Shown here one piece after another: positions 1 through 11,875 of a stretch of DNA of 64,000 nt; positions within the stretch are counted from its first letter, which is position 1; every line of letters begins with the position of its first letter. Made by a program: the position numbers and the translations under genes. The stretch is from Thecamonas trahens ATCC 50062 (lineage: Eukaryota; Protista; Apusomonadida). A model generated the notes under the pieces. The model made no database searches. It was not told the origin of the DNA and saw only the letters and a program-made list of their open reading frames with translations. The stretch lies in contig NW_013657654.1 of assembly GCF_000142905.1 (NCBI RefSeq), positions 124,001 to 188,000 on the forward strand. The letters run 5' to 3'.

Positions 1-233
1 CGTCAGCAGGTTGCGGCACACAGGAAGCAGGAGCATCGAGCAGTTAAAGTTGAGCATCGCCGCCGCTCCACGTGCAATCGTCACACCCTCGCCAAGAAGC
101 GCATACACCTGCTTGTTCTTGCCCGTCCGGTACCGCACGTACGTGAGGAGAAACACAAACACGTTGATGCCCATGTACACAATCAGACATGCCGTCGTTC
201 GCCCATTGTTCACCGCAAAGTTCTTGAGCCGCT
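1..233 (-). CDS. NADPH oxidase (NOX/gp91phox family), N-terminal exon; runs off the window start; start exon not located
   Basis: Not in the ORF track. Manual translation gives (E)RLKNFAVNNGRTTACLIVYMGINVFVFLLTYVRY...[29 protein letters not shown], matching NOX2 [25 protein letters not shown]. Candidate CAG acceptor at 236-234. Confidence 0.88.
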
Positions 234-847
234 CTGTCCTCCATCAATTCCCCACCGACCACCGAGTAGCGCCCCGCCACAACATCCCCGCCCGTCCGCC
301 CGTCCGCCCGTCCGCCCGTCCGCCCATTCCCCCACCGCCACACCCCGCACCCCCCCCCTNNNNNNNNNNNNNNNNNNNNNNNNNNNNNNNNNNNNNNNNN
401 NNNNNNNNNNNNNNNNNNNNNNNNNNNNNNNNNNNNNNNNNNNNNNNNNNNNNNNNNNNNNNNNNNNNNNNNNNNNNNNNNNNNNNNNNNNNNNNNNNNN
501 NNNNNNNNNNNNNNNNNNNNNNNNNNNNNNNNNNNNNNNNNNNNNNNNNNNNNNNNNNNNNNNNNNNNNNNNNNNNNNNNNNNNNNNNNNNNNNNNNNNN
601 NNNNNNNNNNNNNNNNNNNNNNNNNNNNNCCCCCCCCCCCCCCCGTCCTCCCCTTCCCCCCCCCCCCCCCCCCCCTACCCCTACCCCTACCCCTTCCCAC
701 CTCCCACACAAGTGCATGCAACTGAATATTGGCTATCTACAGGTACGTACCCTTTTTGGTCAGAGGACGCTCGCTTGCAGAGACAGGCTGCATGGTGGGG
801 CCTCGGGAGGACAGAGAATTTGAGAGGCGAATGAGGGCAAAGAGCGT

Positions 848-1414
848 TTAATCCTTTACGGTACGGAATGGTCAAATTTGTCCATCGCGCAAGCCGCGCT
901 CTGCGACGGCTTGTTGGGGAATAGTGGTGATGACGAGCAGCCGCAGAGGTGCGGATCCGCTTGCGCGACGGCGCGGAGTCGGCGGCGTCGGGGCTGGCGG
1001 CGAGGGCGGCGAGGGCGTCGATGATGTCGCAGATAAAAGCCACGCGAGTCATATGGCGGGGTGTGAGATCGTGTCAGCGTAGAGCGCGTACGCGGCGTCC
1101 AGAATCCAGTACAAGATGGCGTGGCACCACTTGCGCGGCCACGCCGACTGGCAAGCTCGTCCGTCGCAAGACGTCCTCGCGCTCTCCCGTCCCGCTACTG
1201 TGTTCAACTCTGGCATGCTCTCCTTCCCGGTCCTCGGGGTCGTCAACGACAAGCTCCGCACCGTCCGCACCCGCCGCTCCTCCGGATCGGCGCCGTACGG
1301 CACCTCGCGCGCCTCGCCCATGCCCCAGGCGTCCGTCACCGCGACGGCAACTCGAGCATCCTTCAGGCGGGCGTCTACATGTCGGCCGCCATCAGGTGCG
1401 GGCGCGCCTCCCAC
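848..1414 (-). mobile_element. Possible degenerate piggyBac-like transposon remnant
   Basis: RKWCHAILYWILDAAYALY...(frameshift)MTRVAFICDIIDAL resembles the piggyBac transposase C-terminal region. TTAA followed by TCCTTTACGG at 848 resembles a TTAA-CCCT terminus. No clear second TIR or catalytic core seen. Confidence 0.3.
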
Positions 1415-1576
1415 CTCAAGCCGCTTGAGACGCGCGACAACGCGTCCGAACGACCGTAACGTTAGAGGTTATCCGCCAAACTGGCCGGGTCCACGTGAAA
1501 AGGCGCTGGCGGTTGGGTGGGGTGGGATTGCAAAAAAAAAGACCACTTTATCGTCGCCTACCACTGGCAAACACCT

Positions 1577-2532
1577 TTAGCAACACTTGGTCTGCTCTGG
1601 CTTGCGTGCAGTGATGTACGCTGAGACGACGTAGTCCTCAACGCTGCGGCCGGGCGCCCACTCGCGGATAAAGTCACGCGAGTCGTCCTTGGGCTCGATG
1701 GAGACGTCGACAAAGCCAGCGTTCTCAAGCATCGACTGGAGGTCGGTGATGAGCGAGGCGCCGCCGATGCACGCCCCGATGAGGAATGCATCGCGGCGCA
1801 TCTCCTCGGGCAGCTCGATTGTGGCCACAACGTCCGAGAATGCCACCCGTCCGCCGGGCTTGAGCACCCGCCAGCACTCGTCAAAGACCTGCAGCTTGTC
1901 GGGCGAGAGGTTGATGACGCAGTTGGAGATGATGACGTCGACCTCGTCGTTGCCGATCGGGAGGTGCTCGATCTCACCGAGCCGGAACACGACATTGGCA
2001 TACTTACCACGCTCGGCGTTGGCCCGCGCCTTGGACACCATCGCCGGCGTCATGTCCACCCCGATGACCATCCCGCTCTCGCCGACCTCGCGCGCAGCGA
2101 GGAAACAGTCAAAGCCGCCACCAGAGCCCAGATCCACCACCACCTCGCCGGCCTGCAACTTAGCCACCTCCAGCGGCGCTCCGCATCCAAGCCCCATGTT
2201 GGCCCCGTCGGGCACCGCCTTGATCTGATCCTCAGTATAGCCCATCCGCGTCGAGATGATGGCGTTGATGGCCGCGTCCTGGTTCGTCCCGCAGCACGTT
2301 GCCGCCCCGCTAGCTGGCGGGCAGCATCCACCCGTATCTACATCCGCGCTTGCACTCTCTCCCACCGCGTTCGTCTTGGCTACCGCGTCGTACATGGCCG
2401 AACGCCCGCACGCACCGCATCGTCTGCGACTTGCGACGACACGGCTGGTGCCCCAGCCCCAGCCCCAGCCCCAGCCTCACTCTCCGCCGGACCACAGCTA
2501 CCGCCTGCACAGCATCCGCCCGTGCTTGACAT
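1577..2532 (-). CDS. arsM: Arsenite S-adenosylmethionine methyltransferase (ArsM), bacterial type; probable 1-nt undercall at 2398-2399
   Basis: GANMGLGCG, VVDLGSGGGFDCFLAA, DVIISNCVINLSPDK, GACIGGA and a terminal CC. An upstream ATG at 2532 (MSSTGGCCAGGSCG...DAVRAGVR) joins MYDAVAK if GG becomes GGG. Confidence 0.92.
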
Positions 2533-3274
2533 GGTTTTCGTTTGCCTCTGCTTCCCTTGCGAAAGTCAAGTGTGCTCAGTAGCGGTGGCGCCGGTAGGGC
2601 TTGGCGGGGCGGCGCGTGCGGTCTTACTGCGTCGAGTTGCGGCTCGCTGCGGAGTATTTTTCCTACTGCTCCGCGCCCCCTCACCTCCCATCTGCCTCTA
2701 CACGTTCAGTGCCATTCCCACTGCTGCATCCCCGACGTCCGTCCGCATCTTCATTTCACTCTAATGATACTCTGACCGGACCTGGTGGTCGCAAGCCCTC
2801 CACGAGCCCGTTCCACGGTCGTCGTCTAGCCTCACCTAGGACAGCTCCGCCTGTATTTTCTTGGTCAACCCCGGGGCGGAAAGTCCCACCCCTGCACCTC
2901 CCCCCTGCCTCCATGTTCCCCCCCACACCGCAAACTGCCTCTGCATCACATTTCAACGATGGCAACTACATCCATTTCCCCCCTCCCCATTTCCTTCCGC
3001 AAGTAGCCCCTCACCCGCTTTCGCACCAATGTCATCATTGCAAACGTTGCCCGTCCCAAACTTGCCCATCAACGCGACATCAAGAACACCTTGCCGACCA
3101 GCCCCATCCAGCCCCATCCAGCCCCCATCCACGGCCATCCCAGATCCCCCCCCCCATCCCCCCTCCCCCCACCANNNNNNNNNNNNNNNNNNNNNNNNNN
3201 NNNNNNNNNNNNNNNNNNNNNNNNNNNNNNNNNNNNNNNNNNNNNNNNNNNNNNNNNNNNNNNNNNNNNNNNNN

Positions 3275-3275
<1 letters not shown>

Positions 3276-3343
<68 letters not shown>
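3276..3343. repeat. (CA)n microsatellite next to an assembly gap, probably intronic
   Basis: Seen directly. Confidence 0.95.
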
Positions 3344-3344
<1 letters not shown>

Positions 3345-3387
3345 GATTCCCTCTTTCTCTCACTCACTCACTCCTCTCCCCATCCAG

Positions 3388-4292
3388 TCCATGCCGGTAC
3401 CCGGACGGCGGCGTTCAGTGAGGCGCCGGCTTACCTCCAGTGCAACCGGTTCATCACCCATGGCTATCGTGCTGGCGCGCCCGGACGGCGGTTTCTGAGT
3501 ATGAGCGAGTGTGTGGCATCGATGGTCCATGTCCATAATGAGACGGGCAACATCTGGTCGCATCTCCTCCCGCTGCTCTTCTATGGTGTCTTCCTCGTGA
3601 ACTTGGCTGTCAACGTCACGCGGTTCGATGCCCGGCCCCATCCCGATGCGCCCGAGCACTCGTTCCTCGTCCATCCGCGGACATCGTTTGCTGTCTTTGC
3701 TCTTGGCTCCTCGGCATGCTTCCTCTTCTCAACCATCTACCACGTTTTCAATGCCCACTCGTTTGCCGCCTGGCGCTGCACCCTAGACATGGACTACCTC
3801 GGCATCGCGCTCGGCTTTATGGGCGCCGCCATCGGCTCGGTCTACCCGCACCTCTACTGCTTCCCGGACCTCATCGTCACCTATCAGGCCGCACTGCTTG
3901 GCGTCGGCGTCCTCATGGTTGCCGCCCTCAACTCGCGCTTCAACGCCGAGGCCAACCCGTACGCCCTCCACTTCCGCGGCGCCCTCATGTCGCTCGTCTC
4001 GCTCTCCACCGTCGCTCCGTACGTCCACCACTACCTCATCACCGGCTCCTTCTACTCTGATGAGAAGGCCTTCTTTTGGTCCAAGTTCCCTATTGTCGGC
4101 GCAGTCGTCGCCGTCACCGCCGTCATCTACACCTGCCAGCTCCCCGAGCGCCTCTTCCCGGGCCGCTTCAACACCTGGCTCCACTCGCACCAGCTCATGC
4201 ATATCGCCGTCGCCTTCAACAACCTCCTCCTCCTCTCCATGAACGTCCAGTACTTTGACTGGCGCATGACCAACGGCTGTGCTGTCCTCTAA
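3388..4292 (+). CDS. PAQR / adiponectin-receptor (Hly-III) family membrane protein; 5' exon unresolved
   Basis: PAYLQCNRFITHGYR, HNETGNIWSH, STIYHVFNAHS, DYLGI, PERLFPGRFNTWLHSHQLMH. CAG acceptor ends at 3387. Confidence 0.9.
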
Positions 4293-4357
4293 CCTCTGCC
4301 GGTTCGATGAATCTCATCATGGGCGGTGCAATGAACAGCACTCAACACTCTACAGCG

Positions 4358-6568
4358 TCACTCGCGAACCGCGCTAACGATCTCATCCACGGTCATCGCC
4401 ACAGGCGCGCCATCGACTCCGCGCTCGTTGATCGCCACGTTGCCGGCCTCAACTTCGGCCGGCCCGACCACACCCACGTAGTTAAACTGCAACTTCTTGG
4501 CCTCGCGGATCTGCTTGCCAAGCGAGCCGCCACGCGCCATCTCGGCATGGACTCCAGCAGCGCGCAGCGCAGCCACAATCTCTGCCGCCCGCGCCGAGGG
4601 CGCCCCATCTGCTGTCGCCGCCACAAACACCTGCCGTGGTGAGCACCAGACGGGCCACGCCCCGCCGGTGTGCTCCGCGAGAATCGCCATGAACCGCTCA
4701 ACAGAGCCGAGCACTGCCCGGTGGATCATGATTGGCTGCGCACTCCCGCCGTCGGCGGTTCGGTACTGCAGGCCAAACCGCGCCGGCAGGTTAAAGTCAA
4801 GCTGCACCGTCGCGCACTGGTGGCTCCGCCCTAGCGCGTCCGCCACAGACACATCGATCTTGGGTCCGTAGAACGCGCCGTCGCCCTCCTTGACCCCGGC
4901 CTCCACGCCGGCAGCCGCCACCGCCGCGTGCAGCGAGGCCTCAGCGGCCTCCCACGTCGCGTCGTCGCCGATTGCGTTCTCCGGCCGCGTCGAGACCTCG
5001 ACAGAGATGCCAAAGCCCAGCTCGCCGTAGAGCGAGTTGATAAAGTCGAGCGTGTCCGCAATCTCGCCCTGCACCTGCTCGCTTGTGCAGAAGATGTGCG
5101 CATCGTCTTGCGTAAACCGCCGGACCCGGGTCAGGCCCGACAGAGCGCCGGCGACCTCGTTGCGGTGGAGCGGCGAAAAGTCCGCCATCCGCAGCGGCAG
5201 CTCACGGTACGACCGCACCTTGCCGTCGAAAATGAGGCAGTGGCCGGGGCAGTTCATCGGCTTTAGGCCAAACTGCTCGGCCGATGCCTCGTCGTCACCA
5301 CCTTGGTCGGCCGGTGCCAGCGCAGACACCTTGTACATGTCCGACGAGTACTTGTCCCAGTGGCCAGACACCTCAAACAGCTCCTTCTTGCACAGCAGCG
5401 GCGACGAGACCTCGTCGTACCCGCGCGCCACGTACTCCCGCCGGATCCGCTCCACTAGCGCGTTGAAGATCCGCACCCCGTGAGGGAGGAGGAATGGCGA
5501 GCCCGGCGTGTGCGGATGGAACATCCACAGCTCCTGCGCAGCCCCAATCTTGCGGTGGTCGCGCCGCGCCGCCTCGTCCAGCCGCGCACGCCACGCCTTC
5601 TTCTCGCTGCTCGCCGCAAACGACCGCCCGTAAACCCGAAACGCGCCAGAATTGACCCCCGACGACGCCGTCACCAGAGGGGACTTGATCAGCGAGACCA
5701 GCGGGAGGTGCGGTCCAGCGCACAAGTCCACAAAGCTCCCGTTGGCGTACACCGCCAGCTGCGCCCCGCCCGACGCAAGCTCGTCGATCCGCGCAAGCTT
5801 GGCCGGCGAGCCGGCAAAAAGGGCCTTGGCCTCGCTCGCGCTCACCTCCAGCCGCTCGAATGCGCCGCCCTCGCGGAGGACTCGGCCCATTTCCTTGGTC
5901 ACCGCCCCAAACTCGGCCTCGGCCACCGCCCCGTGCCCGCCGTCAACCTCGTACTCGTAGAAGAACCCGCCGCCGCCTGCAGGTCCGGCATTGTCCGCCA
6001 ACGCAGGGCCCGACCGCAGATGGACCGCCAGGCCACGCTGCTTGGCCAGCACCCGCTCGAGCGCCGCGCCCAGCACGTGCGCACTCGAGTGCCACAAGAC
6101 CTTGCGCCCGGCGTCCGATCCGAGCACAACCATCTTGCCCTCGCCGCAGACCACAGCCTCGGCCAACGCCTCGGGAAGCGGGGTCATCACATCGTACAAC
6201 GCCCCATCCCCGCCCTCCACTGCCACCACCACCTCGCTCGGCTCGGCCTGCCCCAGCCACTTTCGATCCGCATACATTTCCGCCACCCTCGGCATCAGCG
6301 CCAGAACGCTCTGTTCATCAGCTGCACCCACTGCAGACACCCGCCCTGTCCCCTCGGCCAGCGCCCGATACACCTCATTCCGCGCCGCCAGACTCGCCAG
6401 AGCCGCTGATACCGCCGATGTCGCCGATGTCGCCGATGTCGCCGAAGCCGCCGCCTCGCTAACTCCAGACGATGACAACGACAACGACGACGAGTAGGCA
6501 GCCGAGCGGAGCCAGGGCAGGCCCATGCCCGCAACCCGCCGCATCTGCGTCCTGCCAGCACCAAGCAT
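4358..6568 (-). CDS. TARS2: Threonyl-tRNA synthetase, probably mitochondrial
   Basis: HSSAHVLG, DLCAGPH, RDHRKIG, LKPMNCPGHC, HRNEVAGALSGLTRVRRFTQDDAHIFC, GAFYGPKID, HRAVLGSVERF. The N-terminus is Arg/Ser-rich like a presequence. Confidence 0.92.
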   Translation of the reverse strand: MLGAGRTQMRRVAGMGLPWLRSAAYSSSLSLSSSGVSEAAASATSATSATSAVSAALASLAARNEVYRALAEGTGRVSAVGAADEQSVLALMPRVAEMYADRKWLGQAEPSEVVVAVEGGDGALYDVMTPLPEALAEAVVCGEGKMVVLGSDAGRKVLWHSSAHVLGAALERVLAKQRGLAVHLRSGPALADNAGPAGGGGFFYEYEVDGGHGAVAEAEFGAVTKEMGRVLREGGAFERLEVSASEAKALFAGSPAKLARIDELASGGAQLAVYANGSFVDLCAGPHLPLVSLIKSPLVTASSGVNSGAFRVYGRSFAASSEKKAWRARLDEAARRDHRKIGAAQELWMFHPHTPGSPFLLPHGVRIFNALVERIRREYVARGYDEVSSPLLCKKELFEVSGHWDKYSSDMYKVSALAPADQGGDDEASAEQFGLKPMNCPGHCLIFDGKVRSYRELPLRMADFSPLHRNEVAGALSGLTRVRRFTQDDAHIFCTSEQVQGEIADTLDFINSLYGELGFGISVEVSTRPENAIGDDATWEAAEASLHAAVAAAGVEAGVKEGDGAFYGPKIDVSVADALGRSHQCATVQLDFNLPARFGLQYRTADGGSAQPIMIHRAVLGSVERFMAILAEHTGGAWPVWCSPRQVFVAATADGAPSARAAEIVAALRAAGVHAEMARGGSLGKQIREAKKLQFNYVGVVGPAEVEAGNVAINERGVDGAPVAMTVDEIVSAVRE

Positions 6569-7060
6569 GACCTGCACCTAAGCAGGAGGAAGAGAGAGAG
6601 AGAGAGAGAGGAGAGATACAGCTTGTGGTGTAGGCTGGCTGGAGCGGCCGGCTTCGTGGCGGTCCGTNNNNNNNNNNNNNNNNNNNNNNNNNNNNNNNNN
6701 NNNNNNNNNNNNNNNNNNNNNNNNNNNNNNNNNNNNNNNNNNNNNNNNNNNNNNNNNNNNNNNNNNNNNNNNNNNNNNNNNNNNNNNNNNNNNNNNNNNN
6801 NNNNNNNNNNNNNNNNNNNNNNNNNNNNNNNNNNNNNNNNNNNNNNTGCACATACGTCCCACCCACTCGCCCCCACTCCCCCCCCCCCCCCCCCGCCAAT
6901 CACCCCCCCCCCTCCCAACCCCTGGCCGACCCAACTCGATTGAACTCGATCCATCCATCCTCTCCCCAACCCCCCCCCCTACCCACCCCCACGCACATAC
7001 ACACATACACACACACCCAACACTCTGCATCTTTATTCTCATTCACTCCTCCCTCCCACC

Positions 7061-7972
7061 ATGTCGGGCTCGGGAACAGACTCAGAGGCGTCGGACAAGC
7101 CACGCGTGGTCGTCTCCATTCATTCCAGCTCGAGCAGTGACACCGTGACCGACGACAATGGCGCAGCGGCGAGCGTGGGCGCGGCTGGCTCGGGTGCTGA
7201 GAGCCCAGGCGCTGAAGTCTCGGGTGTGGCAAGTGACTCTGGTAGCGATGTAGGATCGGCAGGCGCGAGGCGTGCTGCGTCGGATGGCGGATCGATTTCG
7301 GATGAGCATGGGCCGAGGCGGAGAAGGCGGATGGCGACCGACGACGACGAGGTCATTGAGCTCGGGTCGTCGTCGGGCGATGCGCGGGCGCTGGCTATGG
7401 TACTGGGGGAGGAAGAGTCAGATGAAAATCTGGCGGCGGCAGTGGCAGCAGAGGAGGCGGCCGAGCAGGTGAACGAGATCAAGTCGCGGTTGCATGGATC
7501 ACGGTACTTTAGTGCACCTGATCCGACCATCAAGTGCTACCGCTGTGATCAGATGGGCCACATGGCGGCCATGTGCCCAAACGAAGAAAAGGTCAAGGCC
7601 TGCTTCCTCTGCGGAAGCACAGACCATGAGCGATCGGTTTGCACACGCGAGACCTGCTTCCGCTGTGGGATGGTCGGCCACATCGCCTCCAAGTGCACCA
7701 CCAACATCTCGTCGTCGGTTCGCTGCGACCTGTGCTCGCAGCGCGGCCACTCATCCGGCAACTGCTCCATCCACTGGATCTACAACTTTACTGGTGAGTA
7801 CAAGCTGCAGTGGCGCGCCGCACGTGCCGCCGAGGCACAAAAGGAGAACAGCCGCCTCGGCCAGCCGCCGAGCGTGGTGTACTGCTTCAACTGCGGGGGC
7901 CGGGTCACGACTATGCCTCTTGTCGCGCTCCCACAATGAGCGACATGCTTCGCCGTCGTAGATCTGGTTCGC

Positions 7973-8004
<32 letters not shown>

Positions 8005-8214
8005 TACAACGGTGGCTCGCGCCGCTCGTCGTTCAGTAGAGACTCGCGCGATGCCGGCCGCAGTCGCAGTCGTGGCCGCGGCCGCGGCGGGTTTTTCCAG
8101 GGCAATCGAAGCCGCGGCTCGCGCCGCGGCCGGAGCAACAGCTACAAAGGCCCTCGTCGCAACAGCTACGACAACCACTCGCGCTCGCGCTCGCGCTCTC
8201 GCCATCGCAGCTAG
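7061..8214 (+). CDS. TRAMP-complex zinc-knuckle protein (Air1/2, ZCCHC7-like) with RS/RGG tail; 1-nt undercall at 7902-7904
   Basis: SRYF motif; four CX2CX4HX4C knuckles; an IWRxY-like IHWIY motif; the fifth knuckle CFNCGGRGHDYASC is restored by GGG to GGGG. Confidence 0.82.
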
Positions 8215-8251
8215 CCAGTCTGCCTCTGGCTGCAATGATAAAGATCCCCCC

Positions 8252-9070
8252 TCACACAAAGAGCGAGGTGAACACGACAGAATCTAGGTGTAGATCGTCA
8301 GCGAGCAGGTGCCGCAGCTCCGACGGCGGCAGCTCGACCTCGTCGAACCGCGGCCAGGCGGCCGGATAGTCCGCGACCAGGTCAGCGGCCGGCGCCTCAC
8401 CGCGAAACACCACCCGCTTCCATGACAGAGCCCGAACACCAGCCCACATAGCGGTCACATCAGCGCGTTTCCCGCGCATGACCATAACGCCCGGCTTGCC
8501 GATGCCAAAGACTCCGGAGACGCCATGCTCGCCGGCGAGCGCCGCCACCCGCCGGCGCTTGGTCCTCGAGCTGACATGATGGAACCAGGCCCAGGCGACC
8601 ACCTCCACCGTGCCGTGCTTGTCATCGTCACTGCTTCTGTTGCTGGCGCCGTCGCTGGTACACTCGGCACGAGCAGTCTCGGCCCATGACTCGAGCGCAC
8701 TAGCCACGGCAGCGATGGCGTCGAGCGGCGGCAGTGCCTCGCCGCCGCCTGCCGCCGCCATCAGCGCAGTCGTGACAGAGCGCGGCAGTGCGCTACCGTC
8801 TACCCTTCGCGCGCATCGCAGCACCACCCCGGCCGTCACGCTGCCATCGCTGGAGCCATCGTCATCGTCATCGCCGTCGTCTGCATCCGCAAAGTCGAAC
8901 GTCGCCACGGCAGTGCTGCTCGCCAGCCGGACAGCAAAGCCGGCCACATGTCCGCAGCCTTGATGCAGCACAAGATCCAGCTCGCCATCCATGCAGTACA
9001 CAGCCTGCACCATCTCCATCTGCTCGCTAACCCCATCTGGCCCTGTCCCGCACAGATCGCACCTGTCCAT
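8252..9070 (-). CDS. RWDD2-like protein (RWD-like N-terminus plus DUF1115)
   Basis: EQMEMVQAVY; WAWFHHVSSRTKRR...GVSGVFGIGKPGVMVMRG...W...LSWKR. Confidence 0.78.
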   Translation of the reverse strand: MDRCDLCGTGPDGVSEQMEMVQAVYCMDGELDLVLHQGCGHVAGFAVRLASSTAVATFDFADADDGDDDDDGSSDGSVTAGVVLRCARRVDGSALPRSVTTALMAAAGGGEALPPLDAIAAVASALESWAETARAECTSDGASNRSSDDDKHGTVEVVAWAWFHHVSSRTKRRRVAALAGEHGVSGVFGIGKPGVMVMRGKRADVTAMWAGVRALSWKRVVFRGEAPAADLVADYPAAWPRFDEVELPPSELRHLLADDLHLDSVVFTSLFV

Positions 9071-9390
9071 GACGGCACGGCGATGGCGCCCAAAGACAGG
9101 TGTGCGACCCAGACAGCCCTACTGCACCACCACTGCCAACCCACCACCAACCCACCAACCCACACACACACACGACCCAAACCGTCCTCCCGATCCACCC
9201 ATCCTTCACCATCCCCCACCCCTTTCCCCCCAAATCTCCCAATCTGCCGTCAAATCCCCCGCCAAATCCGCCGCCCGCCACCCGCCACCCACCACCCGCC
9301 GCCCGGCCCTTTTGCCACCTTTGCCAACGGCTCTCCCTCCCGCCCACCTCACCCGTCCCCTCCCCCTCACCCCCTCGCCACCCTAGGCAG

Positions 9391-11875
9391 ATGCCTGCCA
9401 GCAACCGCCCACACTCACGGCTGCGGGCTGCAGACGCATACATGAAACAGATCCGTGCAGCAGATATGTTCAAGGTATGCCCACTCCGTCCTTCTCTTGG
9501 CAATCCCCACCCCCCACCCCCCCAACCCCAACCCCAACCCCCCAACCCCCCAACCTCCAACCCACTCACCCCCCACGTGCCCGTAGGAACTGGCAGGCAT
9601 GCTGGCGCTGTTCCAGCCGGATGATCCGTTTGCTTTTCTCATCGATGGCCTCCGCCAGTTTCAGAACCAGGCGGCTTCGGTAGGTGTAGACGGTGTGGTC
9701 TTCTCGGCTCATCCGGCTTCAGCTACGGCTACGCCGCCCATCTCGGCTGCCATCTCCTCTCGCATCGCATCACCTTCGCCCGTCCCGCGCGTCTTTGCAG
9801 CAGATTCTGTGCCGTCGGACGCACGTTCTCTGGCCTCGCCGTCTCTGCGGCCGTTTTCCAGATCGTCGTCGCCCATGGCCTTGCACGAGTGGCCACTGAG
9901 GTCGGCATCGCGTGCAAGCTCCCGCACAGACTCGCGCGCGGCTTCCGGTTCCAGGCGTCCGGCCTCGGCTATGGGCCCCGCATCGCCCGCACGAGCGACT
10001 CCGGTCCGTGACTGGGAGCCGCGGCTAGAGGAGTACGACTTTGAAACCGGCATCTCACTTGTCTACGTCGATACCAACGCCAACCTCATTGCCTCGTCTG
10101 AGACATCAGCCCGTGCCGCCGCGCCCGATCTCACCTTTGTCACCCAAGCCCACCGGGGCGCGGATGGCTCGCTCACTGCAAGCTCAGACTATGCCGGTGT
10201 AGGCCTTCCCACCGGCACCCGGACTGCCGTCGCCGTCGCCCAAGAGGCAGCCCGGCCCGACGACCAGCTCGTGACTCTCCTCGCCTACGACCCGCGGCTG
10301 CGCGCCATCGACTCGGACGTAGACGCCCTCACCGCGGCTGGTCTTCTCAACCAGCCCGGTCCGTTTGACATCCTTTCCTTTGCTGCCGGTACCCACAGGC
10401 CGGCAGACTTTGCCACCGCGCCGCTCGCAGGGCCGGCCATTCTCACCATCGTCCCGCGCGGGCACACCCTCCTCCCACCCGTCCTCGACGCCGCGGCCGC
10501 CTCACTTGCTGACGCCCTCCTTCGCCTCACCGGCCTCCCGGTTGCGGCTGCACTCCATCTCGAGGACGTTCGCATCTCGCTTGCTGTCCGCCCACAAGAC
10601 ACGCCCGGCATTGCCTCTGCCACCCTGGCCTCGCTCCGCGCCCTCGAGCACAACTCCCGCCGGAGCCAGGCCGTCAAGCTCGAAGTCGAGGCTGAGCGCA
10701 AGGCTCGTGAAGCCCGCGCCCGCAAGCTGGAAGAGTTTGAGCGTGCAGACCGCCTCGCCAAGCTCCGCGAAGGCCAAAAGATGGTCGCCCAGCGCGAGGC
10801 TCTTCACGCCGCCGCCCGCAAGCAGGAAGAGCTACAGGCGGTCATTGATGCCGAGCGCGCCGAGAAAGACGCCGAGCGCCAACGGCTCGAGCGTGAGAAG
10901 CACAAGCATGAGCGCTGGAAGACGGTCCTCCTCAAGCAGAAGGAGTCGCTCGCTGCCGAGAAGGCGGCCAAGGAGAAGGCGCTCGAGAAAACCATGGCCC
11001 AGCTCTCCGACGCCGAGCGCGTCCGCCGTGACACCCTCCGCCGCCGCGAACTCGAGCAGGCTCAGCTCAAGGCCCAGCTTGAGGCCCGCGAGACTGAGCT
11101 TGCCGCCCAGCGCGCCGCCGCGCTCGAGGCCCAGACCGCTCTGGTCAAGGCCGAGGCCGCCCTCGTTGCCGAGCGGCGCACCAAGTCCGAGCTCTCTGCA
11201 GAGGCCAAGAGCGAACACGAGCGCGCTGTCGCCGCCGAGGCTGCCGCCCGCAAGCGGGTCCACGACGTTCAAGCCGCTATGATGGATGTCCAGGGCGAGC
11301 TCGACGCTGCTGACATGGAGCGCCGCCAGCTGCGCGCCCAACTCGAGGAGGAGCGCAAGGCTGTCGAGCTCCGCGATCAGGCCCGCGAGAAGCTGCTCTC
11401 GCTCACGTCGATCTGCGGCGTGGGCGTGACAAACTCGGCTGGTCGCACCGACTGTGTCGCCGTCACCACACTCTCCGCCGACGGCCCCGCTCAACTCGCC
11501 GGCCTTCGCGTCGGCGACCTCATCCTCCGCGTCGGCGAGATCGAGACCAACGAGCGGCAACACTTTATGCATGTCCTTCATGCCGCCTTTGTCGGCGAGA
11601 CAGAGATCTTCCACGTCGAGCGCAACGGCCGCAAGCTCCGTGTCCCTGTCCAGTTTGGAGCAAAGGGCTGCACCATGGACGAGGTTCGTGCCCTTCGGCA
11701 CCTTGCTGGCGCCGACTGGTGCAGGGCCCGCGATGACGGCGTCGAGGGTATCACCGACATGGGCAAGCTCCTCCTTGCTGCCGAGCAATCATCGGGCGCC
11801 AAGTCTTCCGGCTCACCATCCTCCAACCGTCCCGGCTTGTCACGCCGCCGCCCGACCGGCCGCAAGCGCAAGTGA
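9391..11875 (+). CDS. Protein with RIIa/Dpy-30-like docking domain, long coiled coil and C-terminal PDZ; exons 9391-9474 and 9587-11875
   Basis: The GTATGC...CTCAC...TAG intron gives YMKQIRAADMFK|ELAGMLALFQPDDPFAFLIDGL. E/K/R/A heptads follow. PDZ signature: VAVTTLSADGPAQLAGLRVGDLILRVGE. Confidence 0.78.
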
